Shown piece by piece: positions 49,881 through 61,086 of a DNA stretch of 64,000 nt. Position 1 is the first letter of the stretch. Every line of letters starts with the position of its first letter. The DNA comes from Oligoflexia bacterium (GTDB taxonomy: Bacteria; Bdellovibrionota; UBA1018). Made by a program: the position numbers and the translations under genes. The stretch is from NCBI GenBank assembly GCA_963758495.1, contig CAVWVI010000004.1, positions 1,043,184 to 1,107,183 on the forward strand, given 5' to 3'. The notes beneath the pieces are model-generated. The model made no database searches, was not told where the DNA came from, and worked only from the letters and a program-made list of their open reading frames with translations.

Positions 49881-50453
49881 GTGATTGAATCCAGTGAGTT
49901 CCAGATTGATGAGCATTCTAATAACGAAGGTGAGCCTTCTCAAGTCTCCCAGAATGAGGAAATATCAGATTCCACAGGAGAATTGAAAAAGCGGATCCAA
50001 GATTTGGAGGCTCAACTCAAGGAAAAAGACGCAAGATACGTATATTTATACGCTGAGTTTGAAAACTTTAAAAAACGGGCGATTAAAGAACGCTCCGATG
50101 TACAAAAGTTTGGCTGGGAGTCTCTCGCTCGAGAGCTTTTACAAACTATAGATAATCTTGAGCGCGCACTCAGTCATATCCCTCTTGATACAGATCAGAC
50201 GTTGGCAGAAGGCATTAAGATGGTGTTAAACCATTTTAAAGGAGCTTTACAGAAACAGGGCGTACAGCAAATTGAAAGTTTAGATAAAAATTTTGATCCA
50301 AATCTTCATGAAGCAGTAGCGCAAGAAAACTCTGAACATCCTGCGGGAGTTATCCTTAAAGAACATTCAAAAGGATACACCCTCCACGGACGATTATTGC
50401 GGCCTGCACAAGTTATAGTCAGTGATGGCCAAGGATCGGCGAAATCAAGTTGA
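49881..50453 (+). CDS. grpE: Nucleotide exchange factor GrpE
   Basis: AEFENFKKR, FDPNLHEAV, GY.L.GRLLRPA.V.V. Confidence 0.97.
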   Translation: MIESSEFQIDEHSNNEGEPSQVSQNEEISDSTGELKKRIQDLEAQLKEKDARYVYLYAEFENFKKRAIKERSDVQKFGWESLARELLQTIDNLERALSHIPLDTDQTLAEGIKMVLNHFKGALQKQGVQQIESLDKNFDPNLHEAVAQENSEHPAGVILKEHSKGYTLHGRLLRPAQVIVSDGQGSAKSS

Positions 50454-50553
50454 CGAAACTCAATTCAGTCTCATTTTAATTAAAAGAGGCTGAAAAGTTT
50501 TTGTTAAAAATTTTATAGAGAACTAGCAAGAGAACTAGAAAGACGAGGAATTT

Positions 50554-52500
50554 ATGGGTAAAATTATTGGTATTGACTTAGGAACAACAAATTCATGTGT
50601 TGCAGTTTTAGATGGCGGAGAGCCAAAGGTAATTCCAAATGCAGAGGGCGCAAATACCACTCCTTCAATTGCCGCTTTTGTAAGCTCAGGTGAAAAACTA
50701 GTGGGCCAAGCCGCTAAGCGCCAAGCCATCACCAATCATGACAAAACTATTTTTGAAGCAAAGCGACTCATTGGCCGCAAATTTAATTCAAAAGAAGTAC
50801 AGGAATTTATAAAAGTAGCACCCTTTAAAATCTTTGAAGCAAAAAATGGCGATGCATGGATTAAGGTAGGAGACCGAGAATATTCACCTCAAGAAATTTC
50901 TGCCCTCGTTTTGCAAAAAATGAAAAAGACTGCTGAAGATTACTTAGGCGAAACTGTGACAGAAGCTGTGGTTACAGTTCCTGCTTATTTCAATGACGCT
51001 CAACGCCAAGCAACTAAAGACGCCGGACGAATTGCCGGCTTAGACGTAAAGAGAATCATTAACGAACCCACCTCTGCGGCACTTGCTTATGGCTTAGATA
51101 AGCAAGGAAAAGACCACACTGTAGCAGTGTTTGACTTGGGTGGTGGTACTTTTGATATTTCTATTTTAGAATTAGGTGATGGGGTTTTTGAAGTTAAAGC
51201 TACTAATGGAGATACCTTCTTAGGCGGAGGTAATTTCGACCAAAAAATTATCGATTGGCTCGCGGATGAATTTAAGAAAGAAAATACCGTCGACCTTCGC
51301 AAAGACAAGATGGCATTACAACGTTTAAAGGAAGCTGCTGAAAAAGCCAAACACGAGCTTTCGAGTGCAACAGAAACTGATATTAATTTACCCTTCATCA
51401 CAGCAGATGCTTCAGGGCCAAAACATTTAAATATCAAACTTTCTCGAGCAAAAATGGAAGCTCTTGTGGCCGAGTTAATTGAAAAGCTAGTAATCCCTTG
51501 CGAAACCTGCATTAAAGATTCTGGCTTACAAAAAAGTAAGATTGATGAGGTCATCCTAGTCGGCGGCATGACTCGTATGCCTCGTGTTCAACAAAAGGTA
51601 AAAGAAATTTTCGGCAAAGAGCCTCATAAGGGCGTTAACCCCGATGAAGTTGTCGCTGTAGGAGCAGCCATCCAAGGTGGAGTGCTCAAAGGTGATGTAA
51701 AAGACGTTCTTCTTCTTGATGTCACACCGCTGTCTTTAGGAATTGAAACCTTAGGTGGAGTTTTCACTAAACTCATTGAGAAAAACACCACAATTCCAAC
51801 CAAAAAATCACAAGTTTTTTCTACGGCAGCAGATAGCCAGTCAGCAGTGACTATTCATTGTCTGCAGGGAGAACGGGAATTTGCAGAACACAATAAATCA
51901 CTGGGTCGATTTGACTTAGTGGGGCTTCCACCTGCTCCGCGTGGTGTTCCTCAGATTGAAGTCACATTTGATATTGATGCAAATGGTATTGTTCACGTGG
52001 GCGCTAAAGATCTTGGCACTGGCAAAGAACAATCGATTCGCATCACAGCATCGAGTGGTTTATCTGAAGAAGAGATCAAGAAGATGCAAAAAGAAGCAGA
52101 ATCTCACCGCGCAGAAGACGAGCAACGTAAAGAACTCGTTAATGCACGTAACACTTTAGACGGCCTGATCTACACAATAGAAAAGACCCTCAAAGAACAT
52201 GGTGAAAAGATTGCTGGAGATACCAAGAAACAGGTAGAAGATGCTCTTGTTGAAGCAAGAAAGCATTTAGATGGTAAAGAACTCGCTGAGCTCCAAAAAG
52301 CAACGGAGAACTTAACCGCTGCTTCTAATAAAATGGCAGAGCAGATGTATAAGACAACAGGAGGCAACGGCGCTGCTCCTGGTACTGAGGGACCATCCCA
52401 TGCAGGAGCTGAATCTGCTCATCATAATCAAGCTGGAGCAAGTCCAAATGATGGGAAAAAAAGTGATGATGTGATTGATGTAGACTATAAAGAAGTCTAA
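50554..52500 (+). CDS. dnaK: Chaperone DnaK
   Basis: [31 protein letters not shown]. Confidence 0.99.
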   Translation: MGKIIGIDLGTTNSCVAVLDGGEPKVIPNAEGANTTPSIAAFVSSGEKLVGQAAKRQAITNHDKTIFEAKRLIGRKFNSKEVQEFIKVAPFKIFEAKNGDAWIKVGDREYSPQEISALVLQKMKKTAEDYLGETVTEAVVTVPAYFNDAQRQATKDAGRIAGLDVKRIINEPTSAALAYGLDKQGKDHTVAVFDLGGGTFDISILELGDGVFEVKATNGDTFLGGGNFDQKIIDWLADEFKKENTVDLRKDKMALQRLKEAAEKAKHELSSATETDINLPFITADASGPKHLNIKLSRAKMEALVAELIEKLVIPCETCIKDSGLQKSKIDEVILVGGMTRMPRVQQKVKEIFGKEPHKGVNPDEVVAVGAAIQGGVLKGDVKDVLLLDVTPLSLGIETLGGVFTKLIEKNTTIPTKKSQVFSTAADSQSAVTIHCLQGEREFAEHNKSLGRFDLVGLPPAPRGVPQIEVTFDIDANGIVHVGAKDLGTGKEQSIRITASSGLSEEEIKKMQKEAESHRAEDEQRKELVNARNTLDGLIYTIEKTLKEHGEKIAGDTKKQVEDALVEARKHLDGKELAELQKATENLTAASNKMAEQMYKTTGGNGAAPGTEGPSHAGAESAHHNQAGASPNDGKKSDDVIDVDYKEV

Positions 52501-52518
52501 ATTAGAATAATAAATAGG

Positions 52519-52653
52519 CGCTACCGCGAAATAGGTATTTTAGCTTCAGGCGAGGAAGTTTTTGTGAGAAAATCCTCATTTACATATGGTAAATGAGGAT
52601 TTTCGAGTAAAAACTCACGAAGTATCAAGCCAAAAGACCATTTCGCGGCAGCG
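52519..52653. repeat. Nested palindromic element (MITE/RPE-like) between dnaK and dnaJ
   Basis: Imperfect terminal IRs CGCT(A/G)CCGCGAAAT; inner perfect 16-bp stem GAAAATCCTCATTTAC/GTAAATGAGGATTTTC at 52568-52604. Confidence 0.75.
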
Positions 52654-52690
52654 ACTCAATAATGGACAGCTAACTGAGTAACTGGAATTT

Positions 52691-53845
52691 ATGGCAACTA
52701 AACGTGATTATTATGAGGTTCTCGGTGTTACACAGAGTACTTCTGCTGAAGATGTAAAAAAAGCTTATCGAAAGTTGGCTGTCCAATTTCATCCAGATAA
52801 GAATCCAGGAGACAAGAAAGCCGAAGAGAAATTCAAAGAATTATCTGAAGCTTACGAAGTCCTTTCTGATCCTCAAAAACGCCAGATGTATGACCAGTTT
52901 GGTCATGCCGCTACTTCCGGCGGTGGAGCTGGGGGGTTTGACTTCCAACAGGGATTCGGAGGTTCTTCCATAAATGATATTTTTGGAGATATCTTCGGTG
53001 ACCTTTTTGGCGCCTCCGCTGGTGGCGCTCGAGGAGGTCGCGCTGGCGCGGCGAGACGAAGAACAGGAGGACGCCCAGGAGACGACCTTCGGACGTCTAT
53101 CGACATCACCTTTGAAGAAGCTGCATTTGGCGCCGAGAAAGTAATTACTGTTCCTAAAACAGTGCACTGTGACGTATGCGCAGGAAGCGGTGCAAAACCT
53201 GGGACTCATGCTGAAACTTGTACTCAATGTGGCGGTAAAGGTGACGTCAGCTTTCAACAAGGCTTCTTTGCAATCACTCGTCCATGCCCGAAATGTAATG
53301 GGACAGGCCAAATCATTCCAACGCCCTGCACAAATTGTAGTGGTACCGGACAATCCAAAAAACGATCTCAAATTGCAGTAAAAATCCCAGCAGGAGTAGA
53401 TACCGGCCAGCGATTGAAGCTTACAGGCGAAGGTGAAGCAGGTGAACGCGGGGGACCCTCGGGTGATCTCTACGTGTCGATCAATATTCTTCCCCATGAC
53501 TTTTTTACTCGGGATGAATTTGATGTCATTTGTGAAGTCCCTGTCACTTTTATACATGCAGCACTCGGAGCCGAAATTGAGGTCCCTACCCTTGAAGGGA
53601 AAGTGAAATTAAAGATTCCACCCGGTACGCAATCCCATAAGATATTAAGACTGAAGAGCAAAGGACTCGCACGTCTAGGATCTTATGGTCGCGGAGATCA
53701 ATTGATACGAATTATTGTGGAAGTTCCTTCAAAATTGACTTCAGAACAAAAAGATCTCTTAAAAAGGTTTGCAGAATGTGATGGTGAATTGTCACATCCC
53801 ATGCATCATAACTTTTTTGAGAAAGTGAAAGGTTTTTTTGGATAA
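52691..53845 (+). CDS. dnaJ: Chaperone DnaJ
   Basis: HPD J-domain, G/F region, four CxxCxGxG repeats. Confidence 0.98.
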   Translation: MATKRDYYEVLGVTQSTSAEDVKKAYRKLAVQFHPDKNPGDKKAEEKFKELSEAYEVLSDPQKRQMYDQFGHAATSGGGAGGFDFQQGFGGSSINDIFGDIFGDLFGASAGGARGGRAGAARRRTGGRPGDDLRTSIDITFEEAAFGAEKVITVPKTVHCDVCAGSGAKPGTHAETCTQCGGKGDVSFQQGFFAITRPCPKCNGTGQIIPTPCTNCSGTGQSKKRSQIAVKIPAGVDTGQRLKLTGEGEAGERGGPSGDLYVSINILPHDFFTRDEFDVICEVPVTFIHAALGAEIEVPTLEGKVKLKIPPGTQSHKILRLKSKGLARLGSYGRGDQLIRIIVEVPSKLTSEQKDLLKRFAECDGELSHPMHHNFFEKVKGFFG

Positions 53846-55550
53846 AATATTTGCTGATATTTGCTTAACCTCCATTTGTCTGACTTCGCTATTACTTGGA
53901 GGGTGTGCGGCTCCCACGACTTACTATAAAGTTACGCCCATCAGAAATACGAAAGCAAATTCAGTAGCCCCAACTACCCCCTCTAGCATAAGGGCAGGGG
54001 CTCAAACCAACGAAACAAAAGAGTTTCACGAGATTGAAGCTTTATATAAGCAAAATCTAACGGCTGACGCGCAAATAAAAATAGTAGAATTTATCAAAAA
54101 TTTTCCACATAGCACTACTCTACCCGCTGTGGAGAACTTTTTTGGTTTGCTACTTTTGAAAGATAAAAAGCCTTCTGAAGCTTCCCTCCACTTCCAAAAA
54201 GCAATTGAATTAAATCCGAATAACAAGACATTCAATCAATATATTTTTTTCAATTTAGCCTCGGCACAATTTGATTCAAATGAAATTAACCTTGCACAAC
54301 AAACTGTCAGCAAAATTGATACGAATTTATTAGATAATGATAATCGTTTAAAGCTTTCTTATTTAACAGCTCGTATTCTTGAAAAAACTACTCCCCCAGT
54401 AGATAGCCACGCTGTAGGGATATTGCTTCCCATGAAAGGCAAGTTTGCAAAGTATGGCGTAAAAAGCTTACAGGGCATTCAGTTGGCTTTTGGGATATTT
54501 AATTCAGAAGACACTGATTCAAACGTGAAGCTTATTGTAGAGGACAGTGGTGAAGAACCCGAACAAGCCATTAAAGCTCTCAATCGCCTAGCCATTAAAC
54601 ATCATGTCGTGGCAGTCATTGGGCCTATGTTAGCCAAAGGTGCTGCTCAAATATCACAACGTGCTCAAGAACTGGGAGTGCCACTCATTTCACTCTCTAG
54701 ACGCACGGGCCCAGTCCAAGATTATGTCTTTCAAGGTGGCATGACTCAGCAATTACAAGCATTCGAAATTGCCCGATACGCAATTCAAAATTTAAAATTG
54801 AACCGTTTCGCGATGATCTACCCTAATGATAAAATGAGCACCGAAATGAGCGAAAACTTTTGGGACGCTGTGGAATCATTAGGTGGAAAAATAGTAGGAG
54901 TTGAGTCTTATAATACGGGCGAAACTGACTTTCGTGTGCTCATAGATAAGCTTTCTGGGCTTTATTATACTGAAGCTCGACAACAGGAATTAGATCTACT
55001 TGAAAAAGCTCGTATGGAAAACCATATTACTAAGAAAACAAGAAAAACTGAAAAATACTATAATTTAAAACCTATTGTAGATTACGATGCAGTCTTTATT
55101 CCAGACGAGCCTAAAATCGCAGGACAAATTTTACCCACATTTGCCTATCGAGATGTTGAAAATATCAAATTTCTAGGAACTTCTTCTTGGAACTCACCGG
55201 ATTTTTTATCACGAGTTCAATCGTATGGCGAAAAAGCCGCATTTGTGGATGCATTCTTTCCTGAGAGTGATTCAACTTTAGTTCAAAATTTTTCCAAAAA
55301 GTATAAGAGTACTTACTCCCAAGACCCAGACTCACTTGAGGCTCTCGCTTATGATGTGGGTAGTATTTTAAATACCATTTTAACTTCAACTTCACATAAC
55401 CTGTCACGGGCAGATATCCGAGATAGACTGAAAGCCGTTCATGACTTTCATGGTGTAACTGGCAATATTACTTATAAAGACGGGCAATTTTCTCGTAATC
55501 TGACTGTAATCACTGTAAAAAATGGACATTTCACTACCGATCCTCTGTAA
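53838..55550 (+). CDS. LppC/LpoA-like lipoprotein (TPR + periplasmic binding fold)
   Basis: Lipobox [30 protein letters not shown]. Confidence 0.75.
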   Translation: MDKIFADICLTSICLTSLLLGGCAAPTTYYKVTPIRNTKANSVAPTTPSSIRAGAQTNETKEFHEIEALYKQNLTADAQIKIVEFIKNFPHSTTLPAVENFFGLLLLKDKKPSEASLHFQKAIELNPNNKTFNQYIFFNLASAQFDSNEINLAQQTVSKIDTNLLDNDNRLKLSYLTARILEKTTPPVDSHAVGILLPMKGKFAKYGVKSLQGIQLAFGIFNSEDTDSNVKLIVEDSGEEPEQAIKALNRLAIKHHVVAVIGPMLAKGAAQISQRAQELGVPLISLSRRTGPVQDYVFQGGMTQQLQAFEIARYAIQNLKLNRFAMIYPNDKMSTEMSENFWDAVESLGGKIVGVESYNTGETDFRVLIDKLSGLYYTEARQQELDLLEKARMENHITKKTRKTEKYYNLKPIVDYDAVFIPDEPKIAGQILPTFAYRDVENIKFLGTSSWNSPDFLSRVQSYGEKAAFVDAFFPESDSTLVQNFSKKYKSTYSQDPDSLEALAYDVGSILNTILTSTSHNLSRADIRDRLKAVHDFHGVTGNITYKDGQFSRNLTVITVKNGHFTTDPL

Positions 55551-55557
55551 GCAACCC

Positions 55558-55584
55558 TAAAGGAAATCTACTTACAGCCGGTAA
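55558..55584 (+). promoter_or_regulatory. Sigma28 (FliA)-type promoter for fliD
   Basis: TAAA-N15-GCCGGTAA versus consensus TAAA-N15-GCCGATAA. Confidence 0.7.
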
Positions 55585-55652
55585 TTTCTGCCGATTCCAA
55601 TTTATATAATCCCTGTCATAATGAATGTAAGCGTATCAGTCAGGAGGACGAA

Positions 55653-57053
55653 GTGGGCTTACGTGCTGACCCTATAGGTGGGGGACAATTTAAACAGGCT
55701 GTACAGCAAATCATTGAAGCAGAAAGCCAACCTATAAAATCATTACAAGCTCGTAAAGCTAAAGATGACGCACGTCTAAAACTCTTTCAAGAATTTAAAA
55801 CAAAATTCAGCGGTCTAGATAAGGTTCTAAGTGATTTTTCAACATTTAGAAAATTTCGTGAACTTAAAGCTGACTTAGGAGACGGCGCAAATATTATTAG
55901 CCTGACCCTAGATAAAGAGAAGGCCGAACCTGGACAATATACAATGCAAGTTGATGAACTTGCAGCGAGAACTTCAACCATTTCAAATGGATTTACAGAT
56001 GCTAACGATCCAGGACTTGGAATGGGTTTTATCACAATGAATCTCCAAAATGGGGATAGCACAGAGATCTATGTCGATGATAAAAACTCAAGTCTCTACG
56101 GAATTGCTTCCCTGATTAACCGAGAACCCAATTCTCCTGTGCAGGCCTCCGTTATCAAAGATGACTCCACTCCGGATACTCCTTGGAAGCTCATGTTTAC
56201 AGGAAAAAAAGACGGTGCCACTAACCAGATTGACTTCCCGGATTTTTATTTTCTTGATGGAGCTGAGGAATTTTACATAGATGACGATCGGGAAGCCAAA
56301 AATGCTCAAATCACTCTCGATGGATTTCCTATCGAACTTCAAAGTAATGACACCACTGATTTCTTACCCGGCGTGAACATTCATCTCAAACAAGCAAAAC
56401 CAGATCAACCCTTTACAATCACTATTACAGAAGACTTTCAAAAGATCTCAGGAAAAGTCAAAGGACTGGTCGACCAAATAAATCAAATTTTGCAATTTAT
56501 TACTAAACAAAATAGCATAGATGAACATACCGATACGTCAAGTAGCTTTGCCGGCGATACAAGCCTTCAATCGATTGAATATCAAATTCGAAATGTCCTC
56601 CAAAAGGGCTTTCCTACAAACGCAGAAGGCTCCGATCGTACTGCCATACTGCATTTAAGTGATCTTGGGGTGGAATTCGAGAAAACTGGCCAACTGACAT
56701 TTAAAGAAGATAAATTCAATCACACCTTAGAAAAAAACTTTGATGCTATTTCTCAATCGATCATCGGCCCAAATGGATTTGTCAGTCAACTTCGTGTTCT
56801 ATTTGATAACTATATGAGAGGTGGAACAGGAACCCTCAGCGTGAAAGAGCAAGCCCTCCGAGCTAGAATTAAAACCGTGGATGACCAAATTGATCAGAAA
56901 ACAAGAAATCTTGAAAAAAAGAAGCAAGATGTTGTTGCTCAATTTGCTCGATTGGAAGGAACGCTGGGGAATCTACAAAGACAACAACAATACCTGAGCG
57001 CATCCTTACCTAGTGGGGGAGGCGGGAATTTAGTTTCACAACTCTTAGGTTAA
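55653..57053 (+). CDS. fliD: Flagellar filament cap protein
   Basis: II.AE..PI..L, A.NA..TLDG, LPGV...LK, C-terminal QF..LE coiled coil. Confidence 0.9.
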   Translation: MGLRADPIGGGQFKQAVQQIIEAESQPIKSLQARKAKDDARLKLFQEFKTKFSGLDKVLSDFSTFRKFRELKADLGDGANIISLTLDKEKAEPGQYTMQVDELAARTSTISNGFTDANDPGLGMGFITMNLQNGDSTEIYVDDKNSSLYGIASLINREPNSPVQASVIKDDSTPDTPWKLMFTGKKDGATNQIDFPDFYFLDGAEEFYIDDDREAKNAQITLDGFPIELQSNDTTDFLPGVNIHLKQAKPDQPFTITITEDFQKISGKVKGLVDQINQILQFITKQNSIDEHTDTSSSFAGDTSLQSIEYQIRNVLQKGFPTNAEGSDRTAILHLSDLGVEFEKTGQLTFKEDKFNHTLEKNFDAISQSIIGPNGFVSQLRVLFDNYMRGGTGTLSVKEQALRARIKTVDDQIDQKTRNLEKKKQDVVAQFARLEGTLGNLQRQQQYLSASLPSGGGGNLVSQLLG

Positions 57054-57072
57054 TTTACAGGAGGGACTCATT

Positions 57073-57465
57073 ATGTCTGGTAACAAAGGAGCTCAATTAT
57101 ACAAACAAACTTCAATAAAAACAGCCAGTAGAGGACAAATTCTTCTTATGCTGTATGAGGCTGCCATCCAAAACGTCAAAAAAGCGACGATCGCAATTGA
57201 TAATAAAAACCTTTCTGCAAAGGGCGTGGCAATTGGGAAGGCTCATGACATTATTAATGAGCTCATGAATACTTTAGATTTTGAAATAGGAGGTAACATT
57301 GCTCGCGACTTAGAACGGTTGTACACTTTTATGATAGAGCAGCTCGTGATGGCAAATATCAATAACTTAAAAGAGCCCCTCTTGGCTGTACAAAAACTAC
57401 TGGAGAATTTGCTAACTACATGGAAGGAAGCCGTTGACCAAGTCAATAAAGGAACTGCGAAATAG
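57073..57465 (+). CDS. fliS: Flagellar export chaperone
   Basis: TAS...LLMLYE.AI, II.EL...LD...GG.IA..L..LY. Confidence 0.95.
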   Translation: MSGNKGAQLYKQTSIKTASRGQILLMLYEAAIQNVKKATIAIDNKNLSAKGVAIGKAHDIINELMNTLDFEIGGNIARDLERLYTFMIEQLVMANINNLKEPLLAVQKLLENLLTTWKEAVDQVNKGTAK

Positions 57466-57485
57466 GGAGAACATTCGAAATTAAA

Positions 57486-57914
57486 ATGAACGTGCTCAAA
57501 TTGCTTCACAGTAAAAATCGATGTCTTGAGAAGTTCCTTGGTTGTTCTCAAGAATTCATTTTCTTGGCGGAGCAAGGAGATTTTTCCCATTTAGACAAAT
57601 TTCACAATCGACGCGAAGTACTCATGAAAGCCTTCGTTCTCTATGATCAAAAAATATCAAAAACGATCCAAACATTATTACCGATCGAGAAAACGACTGA
57701 ACTGATTCAGTCGGCAAGACAAGCAGAGGAAATTAAGTGCAACTTAATTCAAGCTATATCTAAAGTAGATCAAAAAATAATGCTGGCCATCCAAAAAGAA
57801 CAACGTCGTTTACAAAAAGAATTACTTGCTTCAGAAAAAGAAAGCCAAATTGTTAAAAAGTTTAAAAGCAGCTGGGTCTCAGAATCGGGAGAGACGTTGG
57901 ACGGGAAGCTATGA
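57486..57914 (+). CDS. FliT/FlgN-like helical chaperone
   Basis: Position after fliS, size and coiled-coil character. Confidence 0.5.
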   Translation: MNVLKLLHSKNRCLEKFLGCSQEFIFLAEQGDFSHLDKFHNRREVLMKAFVLYDQKISKTIQTLLPIEKTTELIQSARQAEEIKCNLIQAISKVDQKIMLAIQKEQRRLQKELLASEKESQIVKKFKSSWVSESGETLDGKL

Positions 57915-59083
57915 GTGACTCACTACAAAACCTTCAAGAGATCATTCAAAGCCAATTTCAACAAAAAGATTTTGATATCGTTGGAATAGTGCCCATCCCT
58001 GCACATAGTGATCGTATGGTTCGTCTGAGGACTCTTCAAGAAATCATTGAAGATTTTGAAGAATCTAACCACTCAGGTGCAATTGAATATCTTCTTCAAG
58101 TCAAACCCAAACAGCAACAACCTGTAGTAGAACAAAGAAGTAACCTTCCATTATCTGATGACTCTCCAGAAAATATTTACCTCAGCAATGGGCAATTAAA
58201 TATTCAATACCTACTTAAAAATGCAGAACTTCTGTACAATGCGAAAGAATACTTACTTGCAATAGCCATTTATAAGACCATTTTAACTTCTGGAGAATGC
58301 ACCAATGTAGTACACAACCGTTTGGGAAAATGCTTTGAAGCAGAAGGAAAAACTGAAGAGGCCCTCATTCACTATGAAGAGTCCATCGCTTATCATCCTT
58401 GCTTAGATTCATATAAAAGCCTAAGTCGCTTACTCATTCGCTTAAAGAAGGATTTACTTGCAGCGGAAGTACTCAGTCGTGCTTTGAATTTAAAAGATCT
58501 TTCACCTAAAATTCGATTTGAGTTATATAAGGCGAGCGGAAATTGCTGGGTTCGTGCTCAAAAACATGAACAAGCTGAGAAGAGTTTTAAAAAAGCTTTA
58601 GAAATTAATCCCTCTGCTGACGAAATCAGATCTAATTTAGGAGCACTTTATTTACAAAGTAACAAAATTCAGGAGTCTAAACGGCACTTTCAAGATGCCA
58701 TTGCTTCCAATCCTCGTAACCATCACGCACTTTCTGGACTAGGTTATTGCTGTGTAGCAGAAGCAGACCCTAAGTCTGGATATAATTATCTTGTTCAGGC
58801 CCTTGGGATCGAACTCAACAATCCGACCGCAATCCTTCTTTTAGTTCAGTGTGCTTATAGCATCAAGAGCTATGCTACAACTGCAAAATTCCTTCAGGAA
58901 TACGTCCAAATTGCACCTGTTCATTCGAAACTTCTCTTTAGTTTAGCAGGCCTTCAATATCATCTAGGAAGAATCACAGACGCCAAGGCTACTACTTTAA
59001 AAATTTTAGATTTGCAATCAGAGCATTCGGAAGCAAAGGAATTATTAACCTTGATAGAACGTTACACCGGTCCTTCAACTTGA
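57911..59083 (+). CDS. TPR repeat protein
   Basis: Multiple TPRs (NLGALY, A..F..AL..NP). Confidence 0.85.
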   Translation: MSDSLQNLQEIIQSQFQQKDFDIVGIVPIPAHSDRMVRLRTLQEIIEDFEESNHSGAIEYLLQVKPKQQQPVVEQRSNLPLSDDSPENIYLSNGQLNIQYLLKNAELLYNAKEYLLAIAIYKTILTSGECTNVVHNRLGKCFEAEGKTEEALIHYEESIAYHPCLDSYKSLSRLLIRLKKDLLAAEVLSRALNLKDLSPKIRFELYKASGNCWVRAQKHEQAEKSFKKALEINPSADEIRSNLGALYLQSNKIQESKRHFQDAIASNPRNHHALSGLGYCCVAEADPKSGYNYLVQALGIELNNPTAILLLVQCAYSIKSYATTAKFLQEYVQIAPVHSKLLFSLAGLQYHLGRITDAKATTLKILDLQSEHSEAKELLTLIERYTGPST

Positions 59084-59113
59084 AGAATCGGTCCACTCTG
59101 TCATGGAGGACAG

Positions 59114-59272
59114 ATGGCTAAAGAAATAAATTTACTCATGGGCGAAGTGACAGAAAAACCAGAACAAGAAGAGCGAGATGTTGAGTTTTTGCTCATCAAC
59201 TTTCTTCGTGCTCTCGTTAATGAACAACAACTTCATTATCCTCCTTCAAAACCAAAGGAAGAAAAAACATGA
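59114..59272 (+). CDS. Small hypothetical protein (52 aa)
   Basis: Not in ORF track; GGAGG RBS; MAKEINLLMGEVTEKPEQEERDVEFLLINFLRALVNEQQLHYPPSKPKEEKT; ATGA overlap with the next gene. Confidence 0.6.
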   Translation: MAKEINLLMGEVTEKPEQEERDVEFLLINFLRALVNEQQLHYPPSKPKEEKT

Positions 59273-61086
59273 CTCCAGCGGAAGAAGTCACTCGTAATTC
59301 CAAGCCTACACTCCGATGTTTGATTATTCAAATTGCCCGTTTCGGAGATACCTTGCAAAGCTTGATGGCTCTTCGTGCTGCTAAAGAACTTTATCCACAG
59401 CTTGAAATCCATTTCGTAGCGAGAGAAAAATTCTCTCATGCGGCTCGCCGAGTTCCTTGGATCAAAAGTGTCATTGAATTGCCTACTGAGACCCTTCTAG
59501 GGCCGATTTTAAGGGGAGAAAAGCAAGTGGAGCAATCCTTTGATGACATTGCACGCTGGGTTGCGCCTCTGACTCAAACGCCGTGGGACATGATTGTCAA
59601 TTGGTCCTTTTCAGAATCAAGTAGTTATCTGACTGGCCTTTTACCGGCTAAAATTAAATTGGGCTACACCCGTCGTCGGGATTCAAGCTTTTCGGGAGCA
59701 GACGCTTGGAGTCATTATATTCAAGCAATTATTCAAGAAAAGATTGAACAGAATATTCATTTAACTGATATTTTAACAACCCAAATACTCACCGCATTAC
59801 AAATTCATGCAGGTGATCCACTTTCTGATGGCAATTCCGCTGCAACTTCAAAAAGTTTTTTTGCTCTTTCCCTCAGCATGGGTGAAATCGGTCAACTCCT
59901 TGAAGACCCAAAGAAAAAGTGGATCGGCATTCAACTTGGAATTCGAAAAAACAATCCCGCTTGGAATCCAAAAAATTGGTCAAAACTAATTCAATATATT
60001 ACCAAAAGACATCCTGACTATTGCATTTTCTTATTAGGCGAAGAATCAGATTCCGAGAGTGCACGAATGATCGTGGAAGAAACTGAGTCCTTCATTAAAA
60101 AATCCAACACATTGGTTTCATTAGTAGGAAAGACGAGTTTCGATCAATGGGCTTCTGTCATAGGTCGCTGCCAGTGGCTATTTACAGAAAGTACAACGGT
60201 CATTCATCTGGCAAGTGTCTTAGGCACCCGAATTTTGAATCTATTAAACGGGCTCCATCAATCTTCTAATAAAACTGGACCCTATGGCAATGGTCACTAC
60301 TTAGTCAGTTCTGAAACTCAAGTAACAGTAGAAACAGCGTATGCAGCCTGGACTTATGCTGCCAGCGAATGGAGCCATCGACGACAGATCCCCATAGAAA
60401 CGCATTTTTCACAACTCGGTTGGAGTGAGCATCTCGCTGAGGTACAAATACATCGATCCCGAATTAGATCTACGAATGATGGCGGGGGCGTCGTCTTTGA
60501 TCCTTTGATTAAGAGAGCCTTAAAGATAGAAGACTGGACCGCGTTAGTCTTAGGACAGATTGCTCGATCTTGGTACTGTGGCTGGATTCCACCCACAGGG
60601 CAGGAACTTTCAAGAGAGTCTCTGAATCCACCTTTGATTCAAAAACTTCGCGCACTTCAAGACTCCTCAGAGGTCCTTTCTAAAATATTTGAGAAGGCAT
60701 CACGAACTGCCATGAGCCTTAGCCGAAAAAGCGCTACTTTGCGATCCGATAAAATCATGGGCGTTCAAGATCGAGAAGAAATCCGCCAACTTGCCCAAAC
60801 CTTGTCGGAACTGGAAGAACTCATCGACAGACTCGCTCGTACTCACCCCCCACTCAGTGCATTTTCAAAAATGTCTAAAGTACTCATGCATCACCTTCAA
60901 GGGACTCATCTTAGTGATTTAGGATCAGAAACCGCAAATTGCTATAAACAACTCAATGAAGGCATCACGATTTTAAAACAGTGGATCGCTTTCTCGTTGA
61001 ACTTGATTAAGCCCGTAGCCATTCAATCAGCACCTATTTCTTTGTTCAATAAATCTGGAAAACCGCCTGAAAATGAGCTTTTATAA
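59269..61086 (+). CDS. Glycosyltransferase family 9-like protein with C-terminal extension
   Basis: IQIARFGDTLQ, W....W..L, L.GKTS, HLAS.LG, TGPYG. Confidence 0.8.
   Translation: MTPAEEVTRNSKPTLRCLIIQIARFGDTLQSLMALRAAKELYPQLEIHFVAREKFSHAARRVPWIKSVIELPTETLLGPILRGEKQVEQSFDDIARWVAPLTQTPWDMIVNWSFSESSSYLTGLLPAKIKLGYTRRRDSSFSGADAWSHYIQAIIQEKIEQNIHLTDILTTQILTALQIHAGDPLSDGNSAATSKSFFALSLSMGEIGQLLEDPKKKWIGIQLGIRKNNPAWNPKNWSKLIQYITKRHPDYCIFLLGEESDSESARMIVEETESFIKKSNTLVSLVGKTSFDQWASVIGRCQWLFTESTTVIHLASVLGTRILNLLNGLHQSSNKTGPYGNGHYLVSSETQVTVETAYAAWTYAASEWSHRRQIPIETHFSQLGWSEHLAEVQIHRSRIRSTNDGGGVVFDPLIKRALKIEDWTALVLGQIARSWYCGWIPPTGQELSRESLNPPLIQKLRALQDSSEVLSKIFEKASRTAMSLSRKSATLRSDKIMGVQDREEIRQLAQTLSELEELIDRLARTHPPLSAFSKMSKVLMHHLQGTHLSDLGSETANCYKQLNEGITILKQWIAFSLNLIKPVAIQSAPISLFNKSGKPPENELL

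Noticed and set aside
52841..53557. 238-aa antisense ORF (and similar shadows over dnaK, the RRM gene, batB and the IS elements)
   Set aside because: Antisense or out-of-frame to well-conserved genes, with no motifs
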